Of a stretch of 64,000 nt of DNA, positions 9,567 through 20,231 are shown piece by piece (within the stretch, counting starts at the first letter, position 1; the number at the start of each line of letters is the position of its first letter). The notes under the pieces were generated by a model. It made no database searches and was not told the DNA's origin. It saw only the letters and a program-made list of their open reading frames with translations. The stretch is from Selenomonadales bacterium. GTDB taxonomy: Bacteria > Bacillota > UBA994. The translations under genes were made by a program, and so were the position numbers. The stretch spans positions 25,189-89,188 of the forward strand of contig JAGXRZ010000053.1 of the NCBI GenBank assembly GCA_018335585.1. The letters run 5' to 3'.

Positions 9567-10601
9567 GTGACGGCATTGCGCATTCTCTGCCCAGAAGAGC
9601 ATACGACCAAAGATAAATACATTGCCGAGGCGGCTGCCATTTTACGAAATGGCGGCCTAGTCGCATTTCCTACCGAAACGGTGTACGGGTTAGGCGCGCG
9701 GTTTGACTCCCCCGCCGCCATTGCGCGCCTCTTTGCCGCTAAGGGCAGGCCCCCCGATAACCCCCTGATTGCGCACATCTCGCACCCCAAACAACTTACC
9801 GAACTGGTTTCCCATATGACGCCTTTAGAGGAGCGCCTGATGCTCGCCTTTTGGCCCGGCCCGCTGACATTAGTGCTCCCCAAAACCCAAGCCGTACCCG
9901 CGCTCGCTACGGCAGGCCTTTCTACTATCGGCGTGCGTATGCCGGCCGACGACATTGCGTTAGCGCTAATTTCTGTAACCGGTGTGCCAATTGTAGCCCC
10001 GAGCGCAAATCTATCCGGTCTACCAAGCCCCACTACGGCCAGGCACGTAGCGCAGGATTTAGGCGACCGCATCGATGCCTTGCTAGACGGCGGCGAAACG
10101 CATCTAGGACTAGAATCCACGGTGGTGCAGGTGCGCGATGACGTCATTTATATCTTGCGTCCCGGCAGCATTACGCGCGAAATGTTAGCCGAGGAAACCG
10201 GTGCCGCGGTACAGGGTGCATGGGGAGAAAACGCTCAGGAAGCAGGCGCGCCGCTTGCCCCGGGCATGAAGTACAAGCACTACGCGCCGCGCGCCGCCGT
10301 GATTGTGTACGAAGGCGAGGCGGTTAAGCATATCGCTGCCGACGCAGAGCGCGAGGCGTCACCCCCCGCCGTAATTGCTTTTGCAGACACTTTGGCTGCC
10401 GTGCCGGAGCACGTCGCCCGTTTTACCCTAGGCGACCGCGGACAAGCAGACACAGCCGCAAAAAGGCTTTACGCTTACCTCAGAGAAATAGACGATTTGG
10501 GCCTTACCCGTGTGCTAGTCGAGGCGGTGCCCCCGCGCGGACTCGGTGAAGCGGTTATGAACCGCCTGCACAAAGCTGCGACACGTATCAAAGGGAGGTA
10601 G
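9567..10601 (+). CDS. sua5: Threonylcarbamoyl-AMP synthase Sua5/YwlC
   Basis: VAFPTETVYGL, KGRPxDNPLI, APSANLSG, PGMKYKHYAP. Confidence 0.95.
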   Translation: MTALRILCPEEHTTKDKYIAEAAAILRNGGLVAFPTETVYGLGARFDSPAAIARLFAAKGRPPDNPLIAHISHPKQLTELVSHMTPLEERLMLAFWPGPLTLVLPKTQAVPALATAGLSTIGVRMPADDIALALISVTGVPIVAPSANLSGLPSPTTARHVAQDLGDRIDALLDGGETHLGLESTVVQVRDDVIYILRPGSITREMLAEETGAAVQGAWGENAQEAGAPLAPGMKYKHYAPRAAVIVYEGEAVKHIAADAEREASPPAVIAFADTLAAVPEHVARFTLGDRGQADTAAKRLYAYLREIDDLGLTRVLVEAVPPRGLGEAVMNRLHKAATRIKGR

Positions 10602-10605
10602 ACAT

Positions 10606-11082
10606 GTGAAGGTCTTGTTTGTGTGCACCGGAAACACGTGCAGGAGTGCTATGGCCGAAGCCATCTTTAAGCGCTATGGCGGACACGAGGTGCGCTCGGC
10701 AGGCGTAGCGGCAGACGAGGGAGCAGAGGCCTCGCCGGGTGCGGTAGCTGCTCTTAAAATTAAGGGCTTTAGCTTAAGCACGCACCGCGCACAGCTGCTT
10801 AGCCAAGAGCTGGTGGAATGGGCAGACTTAATCCTGACCATGACGCGCAGGCACAAAGAAATTGTCACGGGCAAGTTCCCCGCCGTAAGCGCCAAGACGT
10901 TTACCCTAAAGGAGTTTGCGCGCGACGAGGCCACGCAAGCGGACGGCGAGCCAGACATTTACGATGTGCTAGACCCCTTCGGGCAAGACGAGGCCACCTA
11001 CAACGCCTGTGCGACAGAAATCGACAGCCTCGTCGTGCTGGTAGCAAGAAAACTCGGCCTGCCGTCGAATATGGTAGAATAA
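10606..11082 (+). CDS. ywlE: Low-molecular-weight protein arginine/tyrosine phosphatase
   Basis: VCTGNTCRS P-loop, DPFG; conserved position after sua5. Confidence 0.88.
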   Translation: MKVLFVCTGNTCRSAMAEAIFKRYGGHEVRSAGVAADEGAEASPGAVAALKIKGFSLSTHRAQLLSQELVEWADLILTMTRRHKEIVTGKFPAVSAKTFTLKEFARDEATQADGEPDIYDVLDPFGQDEATYNACATEIDSLVVLVARKLGLPSNMVE

Positions 11083-11136
11083 GAGCGGCGATCCGCCGGA
11101 GGCCCGAGCCGCCGGGCAGGGGGTAAGGAGGATACG

Positions 11137-11589
11137 ATGCAGATATCACTGGGCAGCGACCACGCCGGTCTAGCATTAAAGCAAGAGATAGCCATGTTTC
11201 TCACGCGCGTCGGTCACACCGTGCTCGACAGGGGCACAAGCACAGAGGCCTCTGTCGATTACCCGGATTTTGCGGCGCTCGTGTGTAACGACATACAGAG
11301 CGGCGCGGCCGAGCGGGGGATACTTATCTGCGGCACCGGCATAGGCATGAGCATTGCCGCGAACAAACACGCGCGTATTCGCGCCGCCCTCTGCCACGAC
11401 ACTTTTTCTGCCCGCGCCACGCGCGAACATAACGATGCGAATGTGCTCTGTTTAGGGCAGCGGGTTATCGGTCCCGGGCTGGCGTTAGACATTGTCGCCG
11501 TTTGGCTGGGAGCCGAGTTTGTCGGGGACAAGCACCTGCGGCGCCTAGAGAAGATTGCCCTGCTTGAGCAGGGTCAAAGCGAGCGCTAA
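11137..11589 (+). CDS. rpiB: Ribose-5-phosphate isomerase B
   Basis: [23 protein letters not shown]. Confidence 0.95.
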   Translation: MQISLGSDHAGLALKQEIAMFLTRVGHTVLDRGTSTEASVDYPDFAALVCNDIQSGAAERGILICGTGIGMSIAANKHARIRAALCHDTFSARATREHNDANVLCLGQRVIGPGLALDIVAVWLGAEFVGDKHLRRLEKIALLEQGQSER

Positions 11590-11630
11590 GAATCAATGTA
11601 CTAGGGGAAAAATGTAAAGGAGAGAGAAAC

Positions 11631-12869
11631 ATGAGTTTACGAGCTATCGACCCAGAAATCGCCGGTGTGTTAGAGCAAGAACTAGTACGCCAGCAAGACC
11701 ATCTGGAGCTTATCGCCTCGGAGAACTTCGTAAGTAAAGCGGTTCTTGAAGCCATGGGCTCGGTGCTGACCAACAAGTATGCCGAAGGTTATCCCGGCAA
11801 GCGCTACTACGGTGGCTGCCACGTCGTCGACCGCGCGGAAGACCTAGCGCGCGACCGCGCCTGCAAGCTCTTTGGGGCGGAGCACGCCAATGTGCAGCCG
11901 CACTCAGGCGCACAGGCCAACATGGCTGTGTACTTTGCCTGCCTTTCCCCCGGCGACACGGTGCTCGGCATGAACCTATCCCACGGCGGGCACCTCACCC
12001 ACGGCAGCCCCGTAAACTTCTCCGGTCTCCTCTATAAGTTTATTCCCTACGGCGTCGGCACGGACGGTTTTATCGACTACGCAGAAGTAGAGCAGCTCGC
12101 GCTCGCTCACCGCCCCAAGCTCCTCGTAGCCGGTGCTAGCGCTTACCCGCGCGTAATCGACTTTAAGCGCCTGCGCGAGATTGCCGATGCCTGTGGCGCG
12201 CTCTTTATGGTAGATATGGCTCATGTCGCCGGTCTCGTCGCCACCGGGCACCATCCGAGCCCCGTGCCGTTTGCGCACTTTGTGACTACCACAACGCATA
12301 AGACACTGCGCGGGCCGCGCGGCGGCATGATTCTGTGCACCGCCGAATGGGCTAAGGCTATCGACAAAGCCGTCTTCCCCGGCATGCAAGGCGGACCGCT
12401 AATGCACATTATTGCGGCTAAGGCCGTGTCTTTCCTAGAAGCGCTGCAGCCCGAGTTCCATGGCTACCAAGACCAAGTAGTTAAGAATGCCGCCGCGCTG
12501 GCCGCTGCACTTAAGCAGCGCGGGTTCACCTTAGTTTCCGACGGGACGGACAACCACCTGCTCTTAGTAGACCTGCGCAGCAAAGGCCTAACCGGCAAAA
12601 AAGCCGAGAAAGTACTCGATACCGTTGGCATTACCGTCAACAAGAATACCATCCCCTTTGACCCCGAAGGTCCCTTTACTACGAGCGGCATCCGCATCGG
12701 CACGCCAGCCATGACTACGCGTGGCATGAAGGAAGCGGCCATGGTGACTATTGCCGACTTAATTGCGGATGTACTCGAGAACCCAGGTGACGACGCCGTG
12801 CTTGCGCGCGTGCGCGCCGGAGTGGCTGCGCTTTGCGGTCAATTTCCGCTGTATAAGAGCGCCGAATAG
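11631..12869 (+). CDS. glyA: Serine hydroxymethyltransferase
   Basis: [33 protein letters not shown]. Confidence 0.97.
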   Translation: MSLRAIDPEIAGVLEQELVRQQDHLELIASENFVSKAVLEAMGSVLTNKYAEGYPGKRYYGGCHVVDRAEDLARDRACKLFGAEHANVQPHSGAQANMAVYFACLSPGDTVLGMNLSHGGHLTHGSPVNFSGLLYKFIPYGVGTDGFIDYAEVEQLALAHRPKLLVAGASAYPRVIDFKRLREIADACGALFMVDMAHVAGLVATGHHPSPVPFAHFVTTTTHKTLRGPRGGMILCTAEWAKAIDKAVFPGMQGGPLMHIIAAKAVSFLEALQPEFHGYQDQVVKNAAALAAALKQRGFTLVSDGTDNHLLLVDLRSKGLTGKKAEKVLDTVGITVNKNTIPFDPEGPFTTSGIRIGTPAMTTRGMKEAAMVTIADLIADVLENPGDDAVLARVRAGVAALCGQFPLYKSAE

Positions 12870-12880
12870 GAGGAGTCCGC

Positions 12881-13510
12881 TTGAACCGCGTGCACCTAGT
12901 GGCGCATCCCATGATTCAGCATAAGCTGACCTTCATCCGCGACAAGAATACTGGCTCCAAGGAGTTTCGCGACTTGGTGGAGGAAGTGGCCATGTTTCTC
13001 GCGTACGAGGTGACGCGCAATCTCCCCCTCGCCGAGTGCGAAGTAGAAACGCCTGTGGCCAAGACTAAATCTAAAGTTATCGCGGGCAAAAAACTCGGCA
13101 TTATCCCCATCCTGCGCGCCGGCCTCGGCATGGTCAGCGGCATCCTGCGCCTTATTCCGGCGGCTAAAGTAGGGCATATCGGCATCTACCGCGACCCGGA
13201 AACGCTGCAACCGGTAGAGTATTACGTCAAGCTGCCAAGCGACGTAGCGGAGCGCGAGTTAATCGTGGTGGACCCGATGCTCGCGACAGGCGGTTCGGCC
13301 GTAGCCGCGATTAACTTTCTCAAGCAGCGGGGCGCGCAGTCCATAAAACTCATGTGCCTTATTGCGGCACCCGAGGGCATCGAGAAGGTTCACTGCCACC
13401 ACCCCGAGGTCGACATTTTTACCGCCGCCATTGACTCGCACCTTAACGAACACGCCTATATCGTGCCGGGTCTCGGAGACGCGGGCGACCGGCTCTTTGG
13501 CACTAAATGA
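12881..13510 (+). CDS. upp: Uracil phosphoribosyltransferase
   Basis: [34 protein letters not shown]. Confidence 0.97.
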   Translation: MNRVHLVAHPMIQHKLTFIRDKNTGSKEFRDLVEEVAMFLAYEVTRNLPLAECEVETPVAKTKSKVIAGKKLGIIPILRAGLGMVSGILRLIPAAKVGHIGIYRDPETLQPVEYYVKLPSDVAERELIVVDPMLATGGSAVAAINFLKQRGAQSIKLMCLIAAPEGIEKVHCHHPEVDIFTAAIDSHLNEHAYIVPGLGDAGDRLFGTK

Positions 13511-13947
13511 CGCGGCCTAGCTGGGACGAATACTTTATGGCCATCACCCGCACGGTGGCCGAGCGCAGCACCTGTCTGCGCCGCCGCGTAGGTGCCGTGG
13601 TTATCCTGGATAAACGCATCCTCACTACCGGCTATAACGGCGCGCCGACGGGGCTTTCGCACTGTCTGGACATCGGCTGCCTGCGCGAGCAACAGGGCGT
13701 GCCGTCAGGGGAGCGACACGAGCTCTGCCGCGGACTGCACGCCGAACAAAACGCCATCATTCAGGCCGCCCTCTCCGGTGTGTCCATCAGGGGCGGGACT
13801 ATCTACACCACGCATTTCCCGTGCGTCCTCTGCGCCAAGATGCTCATTAACGCGGGCATCAAGCGCGTGGTGTACGCCGACGGTTATCCCGACCTGCTTA
13901 GCCGAGAACTTCTCACAGAAGCGGGCTTGCTGGTCGAGAGTATTTAG
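13507..13947 (+). CDS. dCMP deaminase family (ComEB-like)
   Basis: [15 protein letters not shown], PCxxC zinc motif. Confidence 0.9.
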   Translation: MTRPSWDEYFMAITRTVAERSTCLRRRVGAVVILDKRILTTGYNGAPTGLSHCLDIGCLREQQGVPSGERHELCRGLHAEQNAIIQAALSGVSIRGGTIYTTHFPCVLCAKMLINAGIKRVVYADGYPDLLSRELLTEAGLLVESI

Positions 13948-13963
13948 CGAAGGGCGGCAGGTC

Positions 13964-15142
13964 ATGGCCATCAAAGTCTTTACCGTGTTTGGGGTACGGC
14001 CGGAGGCCGTGAAAATGGCCCCGGTCATTAGCGAGCTCGGGCGCTATCCTGAGTTTAGCGTTTCCGTGTGCGTCACCGGACAGCACCGCGCCATGCTAGA
14101 CCAGGTACTGCGCCTGTTTAGTATCGAGCCAAAATACGACCTAAACATTATGCGTGAGAGACAGACATTGCCCGAAACGTTTGCGCGGGCGCTTACCGGG
14201 CTTGACGAAATCTTTCGCGCCGACCGCCCGGACATTGTGCTAGTCCACGGCGATACGTCTACAACGCTCGCCGGCAGCCTGGCCGCTTTCTACAACCAAG
14301 TGCCGGTCGGGCACGTCGAAGCTGGGTTGCGTACGCACGAGAAGTACTTGCCTTTCCCCGAGGAAATAAACCGTAAGCTCACGGGCAGCCTAGCCGACCT
14401 GCACTTTGCTCCTACGCCGACGGCGAAGGGCAATCTGTTGCGCGAAGGCGTGCGAGAAGAGAGCATTTTCATTACCGGCAACACCGTCATCGACGCGCTA
14501 GCTACAACCGTGCGGCCGGATTACGAGTACCACGACGCCGCCTTGCGACAGGCGCTCGCCAAGACTACGGGACGATTGCTCTTAGTAGAAGTGCACCGGC
14601 GCGAGAACTGGGGCGAGCCGATGCAGGCCATGTGTTTGGCTTTGCTCGATGTGCTCGCGGCCTTCCCGGACTGCCGCATGATTTTTCCGGTTCACCTTAA
14701 CCCTGTGGTAAGGGAAGTGGTAATGCCTCATCTGGCGGGGCATCCGCAAATCACCCTGCTTGACCCGCTCGATACCGACGACTTCCACAACTTGATGGCG
14801 CGTTCTTACCTTATACTTACCGACTCAGGCGGACTGCAGGAAGAAGCCCCGGCGCTAGGCGTGCCGGTCTTGGTGATGCGCACCAGTACCGAGCGCCCCG
14901 AAGCCGTAGAGGCAGGCACCGTGCGCATCGTGGGGACGTCGCGCGCCGGGATTGTGGCGCATGCGAGCGAGTTGCTGGAAAGCAAAGCCGCCTACCAGTC
15001 CATGAGCACGGCGATTAACCCCTACGGCGACGGCCGCGCCGCAGGCCGCATTGCTCAAGCGTTGCTGCATTTCTTTGGCCGCACGCCGGAACGGCCAGCG
15101 GAGTGGAGAGGTGCCCAGTGCTCAGTGCCCAGTGCCCAGTAG
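13964..15142 (+). CDS. wecB: UDP-N-acetylglucosamine 2-epimerase (non-hydrolysing)
   Basis: GxRPEAVKMAP, VHGDT, HVEAGLR, TDSGGLQEE, NPYGDG; likely true start ATG 13964; last ~10 codons come from a heptamer repeat. Confidence 0.95.
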   Translation: MAIKVFTVFGVRPEAVKMAPVISELGRYPEFSVSVCVTGQHRAMLDQVLRLFSIEPKYDLNIMRERQTLPETFARALTGLDEIFRADRPDIVLVHGDTSTTLAGSLAAFYNQVPVGHVEAGLRTHEKYLPFPEEINRKLTGSLADLHFAPTPTAKGNLLREGVREESIFITGNTVIDALATTVRPDYEYHDAALRQALAKTTGRLLLVEVHRRENWGEPMQAMCLALLDVLAAFPDCRMIFPVHLNPVVREVVMPHLAGHPQITLLDPLDTDDFHNLMARSYLILTDSGGLQEEAPALGVPVLVMRTSTERPEAVEAGTVRIVGTSRAGIVAHASELLESKAAYQSMSTAINPYGDGRAAGRIAQALLHFFGRTPERPAEWRGAQCSVPSAQ

Positions 15143-15326
15143 TGGTAGCTGGCTCCTAGCTCCTGGCTCCTGGTAGAAAGACCCGCACTCCCCAGTTCAT
15201 GATTCACGATTCACGATTCATGATTTCTAACGCCTCAAGCCTAACGCCTCACCCTCTCAAAGCTCAAAGCTCAAAGCTCACAGCTCACAGCTCAAAGCTG
15301 GCGGCTGGCGCCTGGCGGCCGGCGGC
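15111..15326. repeat. Modular heptamer array: (GTGCYCA)x4, (TRGCTCC)x3, (TTCAYGA)x4, (CTAACGC/CTCAAGC)x3-4, (CTCAMAG)x6, (CYGGCGS)x4
   Basis: Six distinct 7-bp tandem blocks read directly. Confidence 0.95.
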
Positions 15327-15421
15327 CTACTCCCCCTGTTGCCTGCCACGGACAAAATGTGTAGTATAGTGTGGGCGATAGTACCGAATTATTAATCCGT
15401 TCCCGAAGGAAGGTGATGACG

Positions 15422-15745
15422 ATGCAGGATGTTTTGCAGAAGATCAAACACGCCGAAACACAGGCCGAGCAGATGGTGCAGGCAGCTAAGGCGGAAGCCG
15501 CCAAACGCTTAGAAAAAGCCGAAGTTGAATACGAAGCGATAGTTAAGCGAGCGGTGAGTCAAGCTAAGCACAAAGCCGAGACAATAATCGAGCAGGGGAT
15601 GGCCGGCGCCGCAGCTAGCGCAGAGGAGATAGTGCTGCAGTCTGACGCCGAGTGCGCTGCCTTGCGCCAGCGAGCAAGCTCGCGACTAAACGCAGCGGTA
15701 AAGCTGATACGAGAGAGGATAATGACGCGCGATGGCCGTAGCTAA
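15422..15745 (+). CDS. ntpF: V/A-type ATPase peripheral stalk subunit H/G
   Basis: Coiled-coil IKxAExQAEQxVxxAKxEA; first gene of the operon. Confidence 0.75.
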   Translation: MQDVLQKIKHAETQAEQMVQAAKAEAAKRLEKAEVEYEAIVKRAVSQAKHKAETIIEQGMAGAAASAEEIVLQSDAECAALRQRASSRLNAAVKLIRERIMTRDGRS

Positions 15746-17705
15746 AATGAAAAAAGTGCATATCGTCGCCCACTTGTCCCGCAAAACGGAGCTTGTGGCG
15801 GCGCTGCAGGAGTGGGCCGTACTGCAGGTAGCTGTCGCCGAACAAAAAGAACGTCATCACAACGTGCAAGCCGGCGCGAGCGCAGTTTCCGCCAGTGAAG
15901 CTGAGGCCCTGCAAGCAGAAATAGGCCGTGCTCTAGTCTACCTGAAGCGGTTTGACAGCTACAAAGAAGGTTTAATCGATAGCTTTATGGGTCTTAAGGC
16001 TGGCGTTTCGCCGGAGTTAGACGCACAGATTCGCGCTAGTTTCGACGCACGCACCGTAGCACAAGCAACGCGCGAGTACGACAAGCGCCTCACCGAGATT
16101 GCCTCCGAGCGGCGGCAGCTGCAAGCCGAACAGAGCGCGCTTTTGGCGTGGTCTAGTCTTAAAGTAAGGCTTAAGGCCGAGCTTAGCGGCACGGTAAACA
16201 TGGTGTTTGGCACCGTGCTACAGAAGGACATGCCGGCGTTTCTTGCGCGCTTGGATGTTGAGTGTGCAGGGCTGTACCACGTCGAGCAAGTGCAGTCTGC
16301 CGGCAATAAGCTAAACCTAGCTATTGTATACCATCGCTCTGTGTCGCCCGCCGTTATTAAGGAAGCTATCTTTACGCCTGCCGCTATCAGCACGGGGGAA
16401 GAGACACCGGCGGAAGCGCTGCTAGACGTACAGACTAAGCTACAAGCACTTCTGGCCGAGGCCGCAGCCATTGCGGCGGCGAGCGTGCGCCTAGTGGACG
16501 AGAAGCTAAAGCTTCAAGTAATGTACGACTACTATGGGTCGCTAATGCAGCGTGAGCGGGCACAGGCAGCCACGCAGGACACGCGGCAGACTTTTTGGCT
16601 CGAAGGCTGGACTGACGTCGACTCCGAGGCGCGCCTGACCGCAGAGCTAGCAGAGCGTTTTCCCGATGTCTACGTGCGCTTTGAGGAAGCACCTCCCGGC
16701 GAAACGCCGCCTATTAAACTTAAGAACGCGAAGTTGGCTAAGCCCTTTGAGATGGTCACAAACATGTATGGGTGGCCGATGTATACCGAAGTCGACCCGA
16801 CGTTCGCCTTAGCTCCGTTCTTTGGCTTCTTTTTCGCCTTAGCTTTAGGCGATGCGGGATACGGACTGTTAATCCTCGCGGCATGCTGGTGGTTTGTTAA
16901 GAAGTACAAGCTAGACTTAGGTTCAAGCAAGTTCTTTAGCCTCTTCATGCTTGCAGGGCTGATTGCGGTGCCGGTAGGTCTTGCTGTCAACGGGTTTTTT
17001 GGCGACCTCTTAAACTATGTGCCCATTCCAATGATCCAAGATATCAGGCAAAGCTTAGTCTTGATTGACCCGATTTCTAACCCCATGGGACTGATGGCTT
17101 TCTCCGTCGCTCTAGGGGTAATCCACATCTTGCTTGGCATAGGCCTAAAAGCCTATATGAGTTGGCGCAGTGGAGATACAAGGGGAGCGGTGTTAGACCA
17201 AGGATCATGGCTGTTTTTGCTGCTCTCGCTGGTCTTGCTAGCTTTGACGAGCGTTTTACCGGGGTTAGGCGGCATGGTTGGCCTAGCTCAGAGCGCTTCG
17301 TTGCTTGGCGCAGTTATAGTAGTGGCTACCCAAGGAAGAGGAGCAAAGGGTATTTTAGGTAAGCTTGGCCTAGGTCTGTATTCGCTGTATGGCGGAGTAG
17401 GTTACTTCAGCGACGCGTTGTCCTACACCCGTTTGATGGCTTTGGGGATGTCGAGTGCCGTCATCGCTATGGTTATAAACACCATCGCCATGATGTTGGT
17501 GCCTATACCTGTGGTGGGTTGGCTGGGGGCATTGCTCTTGTTGGTGGTGGGGCATCTGTTCAACTTGTTGCTTTCTGGTTTGGGCTGTTTTGTCCACTCG
17601 GCACGTCTCCAGTTCGTTGAGTTCTTCACCAAGTTCTTTGAAGGTGGGGGCGTGCCTTTTAAGCCTTTCCAGCGCGAGTCGAAGTTCACCGTCATTAGGG
17701 GCTAG
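15732..17705 (+). CDS. ntpI: V/A-type ATPase subunit I (a)
   Basis: EVDPT, GDAGYG, SYTRLMALG, HSARLQFVEFFTKFFEGGG. Confidence 0.95.
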   Translation: MAVAKMKKVHIVAHLSRKTELVAALQEWAVLQVAVAEQKERHHNVQAGASAVSASEAEALQAEIGRALVYLKRFDSYKEGLIDSFMGLKAGVSPELDAQIRASFDARTVAQATREYDKRLTEIASERRQLQAEQSALLAWSSLKVRLKAELSGTVNMVFGTVLQKDMPAFLARLDVECAGLYHVEQVQSAGNKLNLAIVYHRSVSPAVIKEAIFTPAAISTGEETPAEALLDVQTKLQALLAEAAAIAAASVRLVDEKLKLQVMYDYYGSLMQRERAQAATQDTRQTFWLEGWTDVDSEARLTAELAERFPDVYVRFEEAPPGETPPIKLKNAKLAKPFEMVTNMYGWPMYTEVDPTFALAPFFGFFFALALGDAGYGLLILAACWWFVKKYKLDLGSSKFFSLFMLAGLIAVPVGLAVNGFFGDLLNYVPIPMIQDIRQSLVLIDPISNPMGLMAFSVALGVIHILLGIGLKAYMSWRSGDTRGAVLDQGSWLFLLLSLVLLALTSVLPGLGGMVGLAQSASLLGAVIVVATQGRGAKGILGKLGLGLYSLYGGVGYFSDALSYTRLMALGMSSAVIAMVINTIAMMLVPIPVVGWLGALLLLVVGHLFNLLLSGLGCFVHSARLQFVEFFTKFFEGGGVPFKPFQRESKFTVIRG

Positions 17706-17740
17706 TGCCTATAATAAGGCTCAATATACAATGAAAGTAA

Positions 17741-18232
<492 letters not shown>

Positions 18233-18259
18233 AGAGCGGCTCGATAAGGAGTTGATCGT

Positions 18260-18856
18260 GTGTCTATAGAGAATATCGTCGCTAAGATTCTCGGCGATGC
18301 CGAAAGGCAAGTTCAAGCCATCCACGCCGCCGGCTATGCCGGCGAAGAAGCCAAGCTAGCCGAGGCCAAGCAGGTGGCTGCCGCACAGGCCGAGGGCCTT
18401 GTCACCGGGGCCGAGGCGCGCGTGGCCGAAGAAGGAGCGCGTTTGCTTACAGCGGCGAGACTTGAGGCCAGAAAAAAGCTGCTTGCGGTTAAGCAGTCGG
18501 TTATGGAAGAAGCCTTTGTCGCGGCCCTAGCGGAGCTCCGCGCCTTGCCGGTAGAGGAGCAGAGGAAGCTAATTAGCGCGATGCTGCTTGACGCCGCAGA
18601 GACCGGCGCAGAGCAGGTAGTGTGCGCCAAGGAAGACAGCCAGATTTTCACGCCCGCCTTTATCGCCGAAGTTAACGAGTCTTTGGCCGCGCAAGGCAAA
18701 CGGGGCGAGTTGACGTTAGCCAAAGAGCACCGCTCAACCGGGGGAGGGTTCTACCTCCTAGGCGAGAACCTCGAAATTAACGTTACCTTCCCGACTCTGC
18801 AGAAGTCTGTGCGGGAGCAGCTCGAACCGGAAGTAGCAGCGGTGCTGTTTAGTTAG
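18260..18856 (+). CDS. ntpE: V/A-type ATPase subunit E
   Basis: Coiled-coil N-terminus, GGFYL, ends EVAAVLF; operon position. Confidence 0.88.
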   Translation: MSIENIVAKILGDAERQVQAIHAAGYAGEEAKLAEAKQVAAAQAEGLVTGAEARVAEEGARLLTAARLEARKKLLAVKQSVMEEAFVAALAELRALPVEEQRKLISAMLLDAAETGAEQVVCAKEDSQIFTPAFIAEVNESLAAQGKRGELTLAKEHRSTGGGFYLLGENLEINVTFPTLQKSVREQLEPEVAAVLFS

Positions 18857-18883
18857 TGTCCACACTAACGCGCCCGTGAAGGA

Positions 18884-19903
18884 GTGAAGACTATGTCCAT
18901 TTCACATGACTCTCGCTACGCCTATGCTGTCGGCCGCATTAGAGTCCTAGAGACCCGACTGCTCGATATGGCAAAACTAAGCCGCATGATCGAGGCCAAA
19001 AATGCCGACGAGGCCATGCGCATTTTGGGCGAGACCGAATACGCCGACTTAGTGTCGCGCGCAGCCGGTCCGCACGACTATGCGCAGGTTACGGCCGGGG
19101 AAATCACGCGCGTCTACAGCTTAATGAAAAAGCTCCTGCCGGATGAGCCACTGGTAGACCTCTTCTTAATCAAGTACGACATCCATAACATGAAGGTGGC
19201 GTTAAAGGCTCATTTCCAAGGGAAGAGCTTCGATCACCTCTTGATTGACGCGGGGCTGGTTCCGGCTAAGCTCATGACTTATGTCTGCCAACAGGAGAAG
19301 TTTCCCGGTGTGCCCGAGGAGTATTACGGGTTTGCCGCCGCTGCGGCGCGTGCCTACGAGGACAGCAAAGACCCCAAGGTTATAGACGTCGTGCTTGACC
19401 GTTTGCAGTATTCTCACACGATAGCGTTTGCCGAGCAACATGGCTACGCCTTTCTGGCGCGGTTGCTCGCGAGCCAGGCGGACCTTGCTAATATGAAGAG
19501 CCTCGTGCGGACAAAACGCTTAGGGCGTGGGCGAGATTTCCTCGCCGAAAACCTCCTCGCGGGGGGAACGATGCCGCAAGCCGCGTTTCTGGAAGCCGTG
19601 ACAGAGGACTATCCCGCCATTGTCGGGCGCTTTAGTGGTTCGCCCTATCGAGCGGTAGTCGAGCAGGGCATAGGCGCTCTCCTTGAGGGGCGCGGTCTGA
19701 CGACGCTAGAGAAGCTAAGCGACGGTTTTCTGACGGAGCTATCCCGCAAAGCACGCTTTCAGGCTTTTGGCCCGGAGCCCATAATAAACTATATACTGGC
19801 TAAAGAGAACGAAGTAAGAAACATCCGCATCATTATGATTGGCAAGTTGAACGGTGTACCCAACGAGGAAATTCGCGAAAGGCTGCGTGAAGGGTATGCA
19901 TAA
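18884..19903 (+). CDS. ntpC: V/A-type ATPase subunit C (d)
   Basis: YAVGRIRVLE, KYDIHNMK, KENEVRNIRII. Confidence 0.92.
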   Translation: MKTMSISHDSRYAYAVGRIRVLETRLLDMAKLSRMIEAKNADEAMRILGETEYADLVSRAAGPHDYAQVTAGEITRVYSLMKKLLPDEPLVDLFLIKYDIHNMKVALKAHFQGKSFDHLLIDAGLVPAKLMTYVCQQEKFPGVPEEYYGFAAAAARAYEDSKDPKVIDVVLDRLQYSHTIAFAEQHGYAFLARLLASQADLANMKSLVRTKRLGRGRDFLAENLLAGGTMPQAAFLEAVTEDYPAIVGRFSGSPYRAVVEQGIGALLEGRGLTTLEKLSDGFLTELSRKARFQAFGPEPIINYILAKENEVRNIRIIMIGKLNGVPNEEIRERLREGYA

Positions 19904-20231
19904 GATTGGCCTGATTGGCGACAGCGATACCATCCGCGGCTTTAGCGCGCTAGGCCTTGCTACCTTTGAAGTCATCGACCGCGCTCAAGCGGTGGCGGCA
20001 GTCGAAGGAGTCTTAAAAGGCGGCTTTGCGGTCGTGTTTGTTACGGAGCGCATATATCCTCAGGTGGAATACCTGATTCGCGCGGCCCGCGAGAGCACCT
20101 TGCCTATTTTCACCGTGATTCCCGACAATCAGGGTAGCACCGGACTAGGACAGCAACGTCTCCGCAAGATGGTGGAGAGGGCTATCGGAGTAGATATTCT
20201 TTTCAAGGAAGAGGGAAAGACGAATGGCTAA
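19896..20231 (+). CDS. ntpG: V/A-type ATPase subunit F
   Basis: KIGLIGDxDTIx[11 protein letters not shown]; start ATG 19896. Confidence 0.9.
   Translation: MHKIGLIGDSDTIRGFSALGLATFEVIDRAQAVAAVEGVLKGGFAVVFVTERIYPQVEYLIRAARESTLPIFTVIPDNQGSTGLGQQRLRKMVERAIGVDILFKEEGKTNG

Noticed and set aside
13592..13963. N-terminal extension of WecB in the ORF track
   Set aside because: Overlaps the deaminase gene; homology starts at ATG 13964. The same applies to ORF-track extensions of fabH, fabK, fabZ, murA, the NMO-like gene and the 52435 ORF
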